From a virus: DNA of 64,000 nt. The notes under the pieces are model-generated. The model saw nothing but the letters and a program-made list of their open reading frames with translations. It was not told the origin of the DNA and did not search any database. The stretch is from positions 3,253 to 67,252 of IMG/VR virus record IMGVR_UViG_3300050821_003948. One strand, 5' to 3'. Positions 9,476-19,446 of the stretch are shown one piece after another (positions within the stretch are counted from its first letter, which is position 1; the number at the start of each line of letters is the position of its first letter). Made by a program: the position numbers and the translations under genes.

Positions 9476-9992
9476 CGGTATTCTCCTGAAAGAAAAAATC
9501 GTGAAAGGTTCGTGCCCAAGACTCTTTGACGACTGCCGATTGCGATTTAGGTGGCACCAACTCGCGCGCCGTCGGTGGCAATTCTGGCGCGGGAGGAGGC
9601 ATAATCTTCTCAGCCAACACGGGGTCGCCCATTGGAATAGTTCTACCTTCACTGACACCATCGGCAGTCTGTTGCTGAATCCTAACACCACCCGAGAAAC
9701 CACCAAATTTTTGCTGCCAGTTTTCGATATTCTTTTCCGCACCGGCAATGCGTTCGGCTTCCTCGTCGCGGGGGCGAGCATGGCAAAGCAGAATATTCCC
9801 CTGCACTTTGACCGGATATGGCGCGTGCCATTGTGCCGGGACTGCCATCCACCCCGCATCAAGTAGCGCGCGGTGAAACGTATTAGGCTCACCCACGACC
9901 TTTTCCGCCGACCATTGATAGGTTAATCCGAGCGGCACCATGTGCTTTGGAAAGTCGAACGGATCGGTTCGTTTGACGGGAGTAAGGGCCAT
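9468..9992 (-). CDS. Paralog of the adjacent head-module protein
   Basis: DPF.FPK..P.G..YQW....VG..GW..VPA..H shared with 8858-9475. Confidence 0.6.
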   Translation of the reverse strand: MALTPVKRTDPFDFPKHMVPLGLTYQWSAEKVVGEPNTFHRALLDAGWMAVPAQWHAPYPVKVQGNILLCHARPRDEEAERIAGAEKNIENWQQKFGGFSGGVRIQQQTADGVSEGRTIPMGDPVLAEKIMPPPAPELPPTARELVPPKSQSAVVKESWARTFHDFFFQENTDE

Positions 9993-9994
9993 GA

Positions 9995-11023
9995 TTACTG
10001 CTCAGTCAGTGATTTGTCGTATTGCCCGCTTTCTTTTAGCGCCAATTTCCGACGCGCCATTTCCTGCACGCCAATCGGATCGCCCTTCTTGAATCGTTTC
10101 TGTCCGGACGGATCGTCGTAGTTCCAAATCAACGTGCCATCCGTAGCCGACCGCGCCTCACCCGCTGACAATCTCACTTCCGTCCCTCCACTCACCCCGC
10201 CGGCAGAAGCCGCGACGGGAGCCACAGGCGCCGATGCAGCGCGGCGTTGAGTCTGTGTTGCGCCGTTTGTGCCCTTGCCATTCGGCTTTGTGATGCCCAA
10301 GAATTTCTCGACGTGGTCGAAATATTCCTTGGAATCCCGCGCAAACCCTTCCGCGACAGCATCGCTATCGGCCGCATTGAGTTTGGCGGCACGCCGTGGA
10401 TCAGTATTGAGCGCCAATGCACGTGCGTCTTCGGGATGAGCCCGCAGCCACGCTTGCGTCGGAGGGGAACGTGCCGAGATAAACGCTTCGACCGGATCGG
10501 TTTGGGTTTGCGGAGCTTCGGTTCTCTGCGGTTGTCGTTGCGGTTGAGTCTTCTGGACCTCAAGATCAGCTTTGGCTTCCTCAAGTCGCACCTTTGTTGC
10601 TTCGGCGCGGGATATTTTGCGCTGCGCTTCGCCGGCTTTCTTCCAATCGCCGGCCTCCATTGCGGCGGTGTATTCGGATTGCGCAGCGTCGGCTTCCGTG
10701 GTGGCTGCGGCAATGCCCTGCTCAACCGTGCCGAGGCGGGTTTCGGTGATTTCCGTACGCGTCGATTCGACTTCGGCCTGTGCAGCCTGGCGCCCCTGCG
10801 CCTCGTTGGTGGCGCGACGCTCCGCAGCAATGCGCGCGTCTTTCTCGCGCTGCTTTTCGGCCTGCAGTTCGGTCAACTGTGCCTTGAGCGCGTCGGCAAC
10901 GTCGGTTGTTTGCTCGCCGGGTTTCTTGTCCAGTTCTTCTTTTTCGATTTCCACTACGATTTCGTTGTCATCCATTGGTGCCATCCTTGTCCTTGTCAGG
11001 CGCCGCAGGAAATGCTCTTTCAA
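9995..11023 (-). CDS. Putative capsid scaffolding protein (true start probably near 10983)
   Basis: Coiled-coil; SKEYF..VE, APVA, VRLS..E motifs; position in head module. Confidence 0.7.
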   Translation of the reverse strand: MKEHFLRRLTRTRMAPMDDNEIVVEIEKEELDKKPGEQTTDVADALKAQLTELQAEKQREKDARIAAERRATNEAQGRQAAQAEVESTRTEITETRLGTVEQGIAAATTEADAAQSEYTAAMEAGDWKKAGEAQRKISRAEATKVRLEEAKADLEVQKTQPQRQPQRTEAPQTQTDPVEAFISARSPPTQAWLRAHPEDARALALNTDPRRAAKLNAADSDAVAEGFARDSKEYFDHVEKFLGITKPNGKGTNGATQTQRRAASAPVAPVAASAGGVSGGTEVRLSAGEARSATDGTLIWNYDDPSGQKRFKKGDPIGVQEMARRKLALKESGQYDKSLTEQ

Positions 11024-11152
11024 ATTCCGCGTCGCACTTTTTCATAAAGGCCGTTGAGTTTTTCCACCCAAATATGCCGAGTCTCTTTTCGCGCGCCTCA
11101 TTCAGCATTTCATTCCATAGTTGCACTACAGCTTGCGGCGACAATGTTGCCA

Positions 11153-11605
11153 TCAGAAAATACTCTCTGGATCAGCCACGCGCCCCATCACCAACGTATC
11201 CTCGATCAACCGGCACGAACTGCCATCCAGCGCGGATTTCTCATCAACAAAAAAGAACTCATGCGCGTCGGACGCCTTGTACATGATCCAGTCGCCGGCC
11301 TTGACGGTGACACCACCAAAACTCTCAGGCGTTTTGCCCTTGAATGCCGTGGGGCCGACCTTGAGCACCATCCCAATCTTGCCCTGAAATCTATCTTCAG
11401 CGCGCGTGCGGTCGCCGCCGATAATAATGCCGCCCTTTGTCATGTCGGAGCGCACATAGGTCGCGATCAGAATTAGATTGTGGAACGGCTCAAAACTCTC
11501 GATATTGTCCTTGCCGATCGCATCAACAAGAACGGTTCGGGCATCTTTGCCTTTACCGATGGCCTCGGCGATGTCGGAGAGTTTGCGGACTGACGTGACG
11601 CTCAT
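11153..11605 (-). CDS. GroES-like co-chaperonin
   Basis: TKGGIII, GMVLKVGPTAF, VKAGDWI, RLIED. Confidence 0.8.
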   Translation of the reverse strand: MSVTSVRKLSDIAEAIGKGKDARTVLVDAIGKDNIESFEPFHNLILIATYVRSDMTKGGIIIGGDRTRAEDRFQGKIGMVLKVGPTAFKGKTPESFGGVTVKAGDWIMYKASDAHEFFFVDEKSALDGSSCRLIEDTLVMGRVADPESIF

Positions 11606-11835
11606 TATTTGTTTCTTTCTGCTGATTCGTTCTCAACGTCGATGCAATGTTGCAGCGCGTCATCTATTCCTTGTAAACGTCCCGAACGAAATTTGAAGTC
11701 ACCCCAATCGACAGACGATTGAAATTCTTCCACGAGTTGCTTGCGATACTTCTCAAGTCGCGCACGAACCGTCCCCGCCACCGCAGGGTGATCGACCGCG
11801 AAAAAACGTACCGCAGAGGGTTGCTGGGTTGCCAT
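11605..11835 (-). CDS. Hypothetical protein
   Basis: DWGDFK..SG.LQG motif; lies upstream of the GroES-like gene. Confidence 0.6.
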   Translation of the reverse strand: MATQQPSAVRFFAVDHPAVAGTVRARLEKYRKQLVEEFQSSVDWGDFKFRSGRLQGIDDALQHCIDVENESAERNK

Positions 11836-11864
11836 CCTAAAACACGCGAAGTTGAACAGTTAAG

Positions 11865-11902
11865 TTTGGGTCACGAGATACAGGGACTACGGTGCGGTCA
11901 CC
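11865..11902 (+). repeat. Bipartite site, subfamily A (short)
   Basis: tttGGGTCACGAGat...tacggtgCGGTCACC; TCA-TCA distance 27. Confidence 0.75.
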
Positions 11903-11919
11903 AACCCACACCGACTCAA

Positions 11920-12759
11920 TTACGCGCGTTTGTATTCTCGCTCGGCGCGCTTCTCCTTGGCAAGCCGTGCTTCACCACCGCCAGCACCACCCGGCAGTTT
12001 ACTCGCGCTTTCCACACCCTTCGGCGCCTCAGCCCGACCACCCATCGCGCGTTTCACGTCGGGGACCAGAGGTTCCTTGGTGCGCTTGTACGTCGGCGTA
12101 TAGGAAACGCCGGGGCCTGCCGAGCCGGATGTTTGACCGACACCCCCACCACCGGCACGGAACGTCTTGATAACGCCGCCGCCGGTTTTGAATGTGACGA
12201 CCTTGCCGCGGCCGATGTCTTTACCGTCGCTCTTGCCGTCGCGGTGCTGCACCTGAGTTCCGTTTTTCAAGCCTTCATTCCAAGCAGCACCATCCTTGAT
12301 CCGTCCACCCCGCGCTCGCATCGGCATACCGGGTGGCGGCATCATGCCTGGACGTGGCGGCATACCACCACCAGAAGGCATTGCGCCGGGAGGCGGCATC
12401 GGAGGGGCACCAACTGGCGGCATCATGGGAGGCGACGCCATCGGCGGATGGGGCAGCCCTGCGGTCAACCCCGGCGGCGGCATGGGCGGCGCGCCGGGAT
12501 GCTGGCCGGGGCTGTTGATGATGTTGACGGTCGTTCCCTTGTGCTTGACCTTCCCACCCCGCGCCCGTTTGTCCGCTCGATGCTTTGGTTTGCCGCCGTC
12601 CATTTTGAGCGCGGTCTTCTTGACCTTGGCTTTGATGAGTTTCACGTCTGCGGCTTCGTCGGAATGGACACCGCCGCCTGAGGCGTAGCCCTTCGTCATC
12701 TTGGCGACGCGGGAGCGCTCGACTTTGTGCTGTTTGTGTTCCTGGAAGGGATGGGCCAT
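11920..12759 (-). CDS. Basic Pro/Gly-rich putative internal virion protein with xxGG repeats
   Basis: YASGG, RARGG twice, FKTGG, RAMGG; likely start MAHPF. Confidence 0.65.
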   Translation of the reverse strand: MAHPFQEHKQHKVERSRVAKMTKGYASGGGVHSDEAADVKLIKAKVKKTALKMDGGKPKHRADKRARGGKVKHKGTTVNIINSPGQHPGAPPMPPPGLTAGLPHPPMASPPMMPPVGAPPMPPPGAMPSGGGMPPRPGMMPPPGMPMRARGGRIKDGAAWNEGLKNGTQVQHRDGKSDGKDIGRGKVVTFKTGGGVIKTFRAGGGGVGQTSGSAGPGVSYTPTYKRTKEPLVPDVKRAMGGRAEAPKGVESASKLPGGAGGGEARLAKEKRAEREYKRA

Positions 12760-12770
12760 GGCAGACTCCG

Positions 12771-12809
12771 TTTGCGTCACGAGAGGGGAGTGATAATGGT
12801 TCGGTCACC
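12771..12809 (+). repeat. Bipartite site, subfamily A (short)
   Basis: tttgcGTCACGAGAG...TCGGTCACC; distance 28. Confidence 0.7.
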
Positions 12810-12842
12810 TGCGGATCGGGAAAGGAAGAAAACACGCCCGAA

Positions 12843-13058
12843 TCAAGTGACTTCCTGAAAGAGTGTTCGGAAGCGTCCATAATAAATGGGGGGGCCTTCC
12901 TCTATAATGAACCATTTTTCAGTTTGGAGAGGCACAAACCTCTCGCCATCAAACGTGCCGATGACTGGTATTGTCTTTGCAGGCGTTGACTTCCCTTTCA
13001 GGAGAGGCAGCATAGCCATACCAACCACTACAGAAAACAATGAACGGCGCGTTGTCAT
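12843..13058 (-). CDS. Small hypothetical protein with TRRSLF twin-arginine-like N-terminus
   Basis: ORF with AGGA SD, inside the bracketed module 12771-13367. Confidence 0.45.
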   Translation of the reverse strand: MTTRRSLFSVVVGMAMLPLLKGKSTPAKTIPVIGTFDGERFVPLQTEKWFIIEEGPPIYYGRFRTLFQEVT

Positions 13059-13070
13059 TGTGATGATTTC

Positions 13071-13367
13071 CTACGGGCCGCCAGTTAGATGAGGCGGCAG
13101 ATTTTTCAGAATTTCCTCAAGATGAGGCATGGGGCGCGCTTGTTCCTCAGCCGCCTGACGCTTACACCATTCATTGAATTCCTCAGCCGAGCGGATCGGA
13201 GGAACCCAGTCGCGGACTTTCTCCTGCAACCGCTCAATCTGATCCGCCGCTTTTAGCAAGAGCCTCATACCGTTCCAATGCACATCGGCTGCAAGCCTAA
13301 GTGTTTTCACCAAGTCGTCGTTGACCGAGTCCGGTCTTTCAGCAATCGAAGAACTCTCGTGACCCAT
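13071..13367 (-). CDS. Hypothetical protein; N-terminus encoded by repeat A (MGHES..RPDSVN)
   Basis: L..LR...AADQIERL motif common in small phage proteins. Confidence 0.6.
   Translation of the reverse strand: MGHESSSIAERPDSVNDDLVKTLRLAADVHWNGMRLLLKAADQIERLQEKVRDWVPPIRSAEEFNEWCKRQAAEEQARPMPHLEEILKNLPPHLTGGP
13320..13367 (-). repeat. Bipartite site, subfamily A (long)
   Basis: GTTGACCGAGTCCGG-N19-CTCTCGTGACCCAT. Confidence 0.92.
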
Positions 13368-13368
13368 C

Positions 13369-15612
13369 TTACGAATTTCCCGAACCTGTAGGCGCCGGCG
13401 GATTCAACACTTGATGCACATCCAAGGCATGTTGCGCAACGTCCATATTCGCGTCATGCACAGCCTGTTGAGAAGCCAACCCATGTTGTGCGACCCCTAA
13501 TCCATGGTGCTGAGCCGCTACCTTGGCGTCATGCGCCGCGTCATCCTTGTGGATCACCATTTCCTTGGCCAGATCGACGGTCGCGATATTCTGTTCCGCC
13601 GCAAGCTGTTGGCGCTTGATATCGAGTTCTGCGGCGTCGTTCTGCGCCCCCGACACAGCCTTGGCCTGCGAAGCCTGTGCACTGATCATCTTGGCATTCG
13701 CCGCAATCATATTCGGATCGGGAGCCGGCGGCGCAGGAGCCTGCTGCGGCAGAACAATATTCGTCGGGTCCTGGCGAATCACCCCGAGAATCGTATTCAA
13801 CGTCCCCCGCGCGTCCATGATCGGCGTGAAGGCTGGAACAGCAATCAATTGAGAAAGCGCGACACCCTTCGCCACTCGATGAATATGCGATGGCGTGTTC
13901 GGATCAGACGCCGGTTCGAGATTGCAATTATTCAAAGCCTGCAAAAACTTTTGTTCGTCCCAATATCCTTTCGGGCAAACTTTATTGGACTTCCAAAAGT
14001 CTTCCGGCTTCTCGCGGAAGAGATCAACGATCAATTCGATTTCTTCGGCTTGAGCTTGGTGCATTCCCTTGTGCGCTGCGGATTCGACCTTGGTTGCTTG
14101 TTCGATTTGGGCGAGCATCGTGCCAACCGGAACGTTCGCGACACCCTCTGCGGTCGGAATATCGCCGGCCGCCGACAGTGCCTGCGTCTGTTGCTGCACC
14201 TTGTCGATCAGCGCGAGCATTCCCGGACCTACGTCTTTGTAAGGCATCGGCGAAATGATATTCCCGATGGCTTGTCCGTTTGTATCAATCGGAACGCCAG
14301 TGCCAGGTCCCACGCGAAAGTCCGATGTATTTTGCCGACCACCGAGTTTCGCGATGAGGAACGACGGGAACGTAGCAAACATGGCCGAATCGAGTGCCAG
14401 ACGCCACGCTGCGGTCAAAGCACTCGACGCATTGCCGAGGATATTCAGCAATCCCGTTCCGTAAAATCCAGGCCCTGGCACATATGGATATTTGACATAC
14501 ATCCGCTTGCGCTGGCAGTCGTCGTCGTCCTCTTTCCAGTCGCGACGAATAGCTTTTATCTCGCGCGAGTCCTTGTCGATCGTCACGAGATACGGCAGCG
14601 GAATTCCTTCACCCTTGAATTTTCCCGGAGCATATTCGGGAAGATCAAGCTCGCATTGCGATTCCCAAATCGTGTAAGGCTCATCCTCGGGACGCGCTTT
14701 CTGCGGCGTCGGATCGGTGCCCTGGATGCCGGCAATCTTCGCGTCAACAGCATTTGGTGATGGAGGTGAAGGAGTCGTGACAGGACCACGCCGATATGCC
14801 CCCATCAACTCCATGCGCTTCATCACCGATGGGCGCATGGGAATCTGGTGGGTGATTCGCGCGCACGAGCGCAGGTCTTTTGTCGTGTCGGAAACGATCA
14901 AATCTTTTTCATCGACACTTTCAGAAACCGGCCTGCGTTTCATCGGGCAGCGATAGATTTTCTTGAATCCAGAGCCGCCGAAATATGTACCCCATAACAG
15001 CATGTGCGACGTATCAGGATAATATTCGGTGGCGGTTTTGGTCAGGTAATGATTCAGATCGCGCTCAAAAGCGTCGGCGAGATTGTCTTCGGATTGGACT
15101 GAGGCATCGTCCTTGTTCGCGACCTTCACCGGACCATCGGACGGCAATAATTCCGCCTGTGCGTTGGCCCAGCCTTTGAGGCAGGCTTCCAGCAAGAGCG
15201 GATTGGTGACGGTGGACATACCTTCGACGGCGGACGAGGTGTCACCGACCGTCGCACGCGGCTCTTTCAGTTCAAGGCCCAACAAGCCTAAGCCTCTGGC
15301 GCGGATTTCAAGGTGATTGCCGCGCGATCGATCATCGGCGGCGATTTGGTCGTGAAGGTCGTTGGCGATCAGAGAGAGATCGTTTGGGGCAATATCGTCG
15401 GCGAGATTACGGTAGAATTTGTCTTCGTCATCGTCGCCGGCTTTCTTCGGCCTGTGCGCGTCCAGTTGGACGACTACGCCGCCATCCGGCTGGGGCGTGG
15501 CAACAGTTCCAGTTATGGGATCGGTCGTGACCTTGCCGTCTTCGTCTTCAATAACGACTTGGATGCCTTCGAAGGGTTGCGCGGCGGGGTCAGCCATTGG
15601 CTGCGCTTTCAT
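13369..15612 (-). CDS. Portal protein
   Basis: 747 aa; PLLLEA..AELLP..GPVK, GSGFKK, PGPGFYG.GL, VGT.LA.IEQ; position near terminase. Confidence 0.88.
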   Translation of the reverse strand: MKAQPMADPAAQPFEGIQVVIEDEDGKVTTDPITGTVATPQPDGGVVVQLDAHRPKKAGDDDEDKFYRNLADDIAPNDLSLIANDLHDQIAADDRSRGNHLEIRARGLGLLGLELKEPRATVGDTSSAVEGMSTVTNPLLLEACLKGWANAQAELLPSDGPVKVANKDDASVQSEDNLADAFERDLNHYLTKTATEYYPDTSHMLLWGTYFGGSGFKKIYRCPMKRRPVSESVDEKDLIVSDTTKDLRSCARITHQIPMRPSVMKRMELMGAYRRGPVTTPSPPSPNAVDAKIAGIQGTDPTPQKARPEDEPYTIWESQCELDLPEYAPGKFKGEGIPLPYLVTIDKDSREIKAIRRDWKEDDDDCQRKRMYVKYPYVPGPGFYGTGLLNILGNASSALTAAWRLALDSAMFATFPSFLIAKLGGRQNTSDFRVGPGTGVPIDTNGQAIGNIISPMPYKDVGPGMLALIDKVQQQTQALSAAGDIPTAEGVANVPVGTMLAQIEQATKVESAAHKGMHQAQAEEIELIVDLFREKPEDFWKSNKVCPKGYWDEQKFLQALNNCNLEPASDPNTPSHIHRVAKGVALSQLIAVPAFTPIMDARGTLNTILGVIRQDPTNIVLPQQAPAPPAPDPNMIAANAKMISAQASQAKAVSGAQNDAAELDIKRQQLAAEQNIATVDLAKEMVIHKDDAAHDAKVAAQHHGLGVAQHGLASQQAVHDANMDVAQHALDVHQVLNPPAPTGSGNS

Positions 15613-15754
15613 AAGTCGCGCGCAGTTTCACATACTCCCAATGGCGTGCTATCCACACCTTCGCTTCGGTCTCCGACATGCCGGCGGCAGTGCATGTATC
15701 TATCCACCCAAAAAACCAAATGCGCAATTGTCGTATTGAATTATCCATGCGAGG

Positions 15755-16102
15755 TCACTTCGCTTTATTCAGACAATCGGCGGCATCAGCAAATTCATTT
15801 AGTCTGCGCGCCAAAGTCCTAGCCGTATCGGCATTAATGTCACATCTTATTTTCTGATATTCGACTTGATTTCCGGCCGCAATCATAACCACAATGTGAG
15901 GCCGAACCTTCAATCCTTGAATATTATGCGAAAATTCCTGCAATCCAATTGACAGAGTTGGATAGTGTGATGTGTCAACACCCCCAGAACCCATCCATAC
16001 AATTCGTTCTGGCATCGGGTCTTTTAAAAAGTCCCTCATGGGTCGCTGATCGCCGGTGACCGAGTCCGGTCTATCGGTTTGCGGCAGACTCTCGTGACCC
16101 AT
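15755..16102 (-). CDS. Hypothetical protein; N-terminus encoded by repeat A (MGHES..RPDSVT)
   Basis: 115 aa, AT-richer than neighbours. Confidence 0.55.
   Translation of the reverse strand: MGHESLPQTDRPDSVTGDQRPMRDFLKDPMPERIVWMGSGGVDTSHYPTLSIGLQEFSHNIQGLKVRPHIVVMIAAGNQVEYQKIRCDINADTARTLARRLNEFADAADCLNKAK
16055..16102 (-). repeat. Bipartite site, subfamily A (long)
   Basis: GGTGACCGAGTCCGG-N19-CTCTCGTGACCCAT. Confidence 0.92.
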
Positions 16103-16331
16103 CTGACTTGTCCTTTTTGAGAGTCCGCAAATGTTCCTTGATGTCCGCTACGGATTGACCGGAATTCACTGCACCCAGATTACCCTTCGCGTATTCTCGC
16201 AAAGCGGCGATAATCATCTGGGCATTTTGAACGAAAGGCCGCGTTTCAAGATGGCCAGTTTCTTTCCCGGCTTTCAATTCGCGTTCACACCAATCGGCCA
16301 CTTCCGTCGCATAACGCCTATCTTCACTCAT
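16071..16331 (-). CDS. Hypothetical protein
   Basis: ATGA-coupled to the upstream ORF. Confidence 0.5.
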   Translation of the reverse strand: MSEDRRYATEVADWCERELKAGKETGHLETRPFVQNAQMIIAALREYAKGNLGAVNSGQSVADIKEHLRTLKKDKSDGSRESAANR

Positions 16332-16624
16332 TGCCTACCCCTGATAATCGAAACCTGTCCCGGCTTCACCCGGCCCTCATCCACAACATTCTCCAAAATG
16401 CGTTGCTTCAAGGCATCACACCCCAGATTCAACGACCCCGCATCCGTCCCGCCAATCGTCGTCGCAAACCCCATCTTCATGCACACGACGATTCCGACCG
16501 TATAAACATTGCCTTTCTTGGCTTCCTCTAAGCACTGCGCCAACTTATCGATGCAATCCAATTGCTGATCGGACAGCGGCGTGGGGGACAGGAGGATGGG
16601 TTTGTGGGGCGGGATGTGTTCCAT
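16328..16624 (-). CDS. Hypothetical protein
   Basis: 98 aa ORF with AAGGA SD. Confidence 0.55.
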   Translation of the reverse strand: MEHIPPHKPILLSPTPLSDQQLDCIDKLAQCLEEAKKGNVYTVGIVVCMKMGFATTIGGTDAGSLNLGCDALKQRILENVVDEGRVKPGQVSIIRGRQ

Positions 16625-16645
16625 AAATTCGTCCTTACACCATTT

Positions 16646-18481
16646 TTAGACGGGATACAAAGCTTTACGCTGCGGCTTGTGCATCCCGCGCTCATATTCC
16701 TCGTGGGCAAGTTCCTCGTCGGTCATGGCTAAACCGGCGTCGCGGAAATACTTCATGACTTGCGTCGCCGTGTCGGTCAGGTCATCGCGCGCACCCTTAG
16801 GAAAAACCTCCATTTCAGCGATCACAAGCTCCGACCATTCCCGTTCAGGAGCATAAATCAACCCCTGCGCAAATGTCGGCTGCACCGATAACGCGCGAGC
16901 GACCTTGTCACCTTTCGGCTCGCACATCTGAATTCCGAACCGCTGCAACCCATATCGATTCGCGATTTCCTGTGCAGCAGGCCGCCCTGTCGCTTTATTT
17001 TCGATCAAGAGCAGGTCCGCCTTGTAGGTCTGACACGTATCTTGAACCCATTCCACCAAGCCCCATTTTGACTGTGTTCGCCGCTTAAACCGAGCATTAC
17101 GCCGCTTAACTTCGGTTTCATCCATGCCTGGCACGATGTTCTCAGGAAGCCACCGCGCGCCATCAATCACAGCCTCAGTCTGCAATCGCTCAAACCGCGA
17201 AGCCGAAAATGCCAAATGCTTGCGCCATGCATGAATGAGCATAATGCAATTCTTTTTGGTTTCCGGGTGTACAAAAGTCCCCCAAACCGTGAGTGCAGAG
17301 GGATCATTCTCTTCGTCTTCGGTAAAAGCACCGTCAAGTGATGCAACAACAAGGTCGAAGATCGGAAACTTTCCGTCGTCCGGTTCCCACAGTTGCCACC
17401 ACTCGCGTTTGAAAAGACCGCCGCCGCGGGGCTGCGGCGACTGAGCATATTGGCTGGCCCAACCATAAGGACCGATTTCCCGTTTGGTTCGCTCCATCGC
17501 GCCTTCGGCAAATCGAGCATCCCACGCCACTTCGCCATCTTCTTCGCGAGGATCAGTCCATCCGATTGTCGTTGGAATCGGCTCGCCCTGTTCATCCGTC
17601 TGCCGCGCCGAATCAAATTCCCACGGAATCATCAAATGGCAATAATCGAACTCAACACCGAGCGCGATGCCGGACACATCTGCTTCGTGAACGCGTTGCA
17701 TGATGATAACCATGGCGCCGGTCGAAAGATCATTAAACCGCGAAGAAATAGACTCACGAAACCACCGCACGGTCTCTTCCCGCACGCGTTCCGATTCCGC
17801 TTCCTGAACCGAATGCGGATCGTCAATAATGATCCGATCACCGCGCTCGCCAGTCGCCACACCACCGACAGACGACGCAAGCTTCCACCCCGTATGCGTA
17901 TTAATCACCTTGATCGTCGTTTTATTGCGCAGCGTGACTTGACCGGCTTCATCGCGTTCCTCAAACACCATCGTTTCGGTTTTCACTTTCGTCTTCATCG
18001 GGCCGTAAAGCCGCTGGTAGGATTCATTCGTGATTAAGGTTCGGAATCTGTCGTTATCGCGCTCAGTGAGCGAAGCTGAATACGAAAAAGCGATGTAGCG
18101 GTAGTGGGTTTTCTTCATCGGCCCCCACTCCCACGCCGGCCAGAACACATCGACCAGCATCGACTTCATGAAGCCAGGCGGAACGTTCATGAGAAGGCGG
18201 GTGATTTCTCCGAAGGTCACGGCCTCCAAGTGCTCACACATGGCCCAGAGTGGCCAGCCGTCAACAAACGGCGTTTCAGGCTCCAACACCGCCCAAAAGT
18301 ACCGAACGAGCGCGATTAATCCGCCTTGACGAACACCATTTTCGTCATACCACCCGCGTTGCGATTGTTCAGCCTTGGCTCTGCGACGTTGATATTCGGT
18401 CAGCAACTTGCCGAATTGTTCGAGCTTGGTGCGGGCGAACGGAGCGTTCATTTTTGCCGCGTTGTTTGTTGTCTCATTCAC
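16646..18481 (-). CDS. terL: Terminase large subunit
   Basis: NVPPGFMKS (Walker A), TGERGD.IIIDDPH (Walker B), IIMQRVH, YAQSP, IENKATG, DK.ARA, DDLTD nuclease motif. Confidence 0.95.
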   Translation of the reverse strand: MNETTNNAAKMNAPFARTKLEQFGKLLTEYQRRRAKAEQSQRGWYDENGVRQGGLIALVRYFWAVLEPETPFVDGWPLWAMCEHLEAVTFGEITRLLMNVPPGFMKSMLVDVFWPAWEWGPMKKTHYRYIAFSYSASLTERDNDRFRTLITNESYQRLYGPMKTKVKTETMVFEERDEAGQVTLRNKTTIKVINTHTGWKLASSVGGVATGERGDRIIIDDPHSVQEAESERVREETVRWFRESISSRFNDLSTGAMVIIMQRVHEADVSGIALGVEFDYCHLMIPWEFDSARQTDEQGEPIPTTIGWTDPREEDGEVAWDARFAEGAMERTKREIGPYGWASQYAQSPQPRGGGLFKREWWQLWEPDDGKFPIFDLVVASLDGAFTEDEENDPSALTVWGTFVHPETKKNCIMLIHAWRKHLAFSASRFERLQTEAVIDGARWLPENIVPGMDETEVKRRNARFKRRTQSKWGLVEWVQDTCQTYKADLLLIENKATGRPAAQEIANRYGLQRFGIQMCEPKGDKVARALSVQPTFAQGLIYAPEREWSELVIAEMEVFPKGARDDLTDTATQVMKYFRDAGLAMTDEELAHEEYERGMHKPQRKALYPV

Positions 18482-18515
18482 GGCCTGCGCGTTCTAAATC
18501 TCAGCGCGGTCACCC
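18469..18515 (+). repeat. Bipartite site, subfamily D
   Basis: TTGTCTCATTC-N20-CTCAGCGCGGTCACCC; distance 36. Confidence 0.8.
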
Positions 18516-18681
18516 TCTCGCAGTGCCAATTCCAGAGCAGAACGAGACACAGCAATTTGAAGTGCTACATTCACGCAAGGGTATTGCATGTAAACAGCGC
18601 AATCATCCACATCAGATTCGTAATCCAAATCCGGCGCAGTGGAATGTCCCCACGCCCGAATATGGAATCTCTTTGAACACA

Positions 18682-19446
18682 TCACTGCCCACCGAGCCGA
18701 TACGTCAAATCAACCTCAATTCCCAGTTCCCGCGCCTGATTCGCAAGCTGCGCCACAAGCTCCTGATCGCTCAATCGCGACAATTCGCCATCGTCACGCG
18801 TCGCTGCACCAAACCCGTAAAATTTACGCAATTCAGTGTTGGCTTGCATTTTCGAGTAGGGCTTGGGAATAACCATCCCAGCCTCGTTAATCGAAAAACT
18901 CTCAATGGCCCGCTGCACATCTTCGGGCATTTCATTTAGCGGCTTCGGCCGCTGAACCATTTTGGTGGCCGGTTCTCCAGTTTCATTGTCGATTATTGCA
19001 TTGCCCTTGCGGTCGTAGATAGGCATTTCCACCATCGTCCACATATCGGCAGCATTGGTTTCGTGGGCGAGCCAAAGAAATTCCTCGATTCGCTCGCGTT
19101 TGATTCGGAGAATTTCGTCTTCCTGCCGCGACAGAAAAGCTATCCGCTCCATCACGTCATGGCGCCGTTCCAAACGCGAGGCATTGCCGGCGGCAGCGTG
19201 ATCGGATTCGGTACTGTAGCCCGCCTGCCGATAGGCGTCGGCTTTGGGTCTCAGAACAGCGCGAAGGCGGCAAAACCGCTCTTTTTTGTTATCTCGCAGT
19301 GGCTTAGAGCCTGGAACATCAAAGGACTGCGCTGGAACGAGCGAAGTTCCGAGACCAGATTGCTGCTGCGAATCGTTGACCGAATCCGGTGATTCAGTCG
19401 GAAGACCCTCTCGTGATCCAGTATGTTGCACTGCACTATCCGTCAC
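18682..19446 (-). CDS. terS: Terminase small subunit
   Basis: KERFC..AYRQAGYS...ASRL HTH; upstream of terL. Confidence 0.8.
   Translation of the reverse strand: MTDSAVQHTGSREGLPTESPDSVNDSQQQSGLGTSLVPAQSFDVPGSKPLRDNKKERFCRLRAVLRPKADAYRQAGYSTESDHAAAGNASRLERRHDVMERIAFLSRQEDEILRIKRERIEEFLWLAHETNAADMWTMVEMPIYDRKGNAIIDNETGEPATKMVQRPKPLNEMPEDVQRAIESFSINEAGMVIPKPYSKMQANTELRKFYGFGAATRDDGELSRLSDQELVAQLANQARELGIEVDLTYRLGGQ
19375..19420 (-). repeat. Bipartite site, subfamily A (long), in the terS 5' end
   Basis: GTTGACCGAaTCCGG-N18-CTCTCGTGAtCCA. Confidence 0.88.

Noticed and set aside
13504-14760. 418-aa plus-strand ORF and similar long antisense ORFs (11719-12681, 10247-11047, 54708-55469)
   Set aside because: They lie antisense to well-supported genes in GC-rich DNA.
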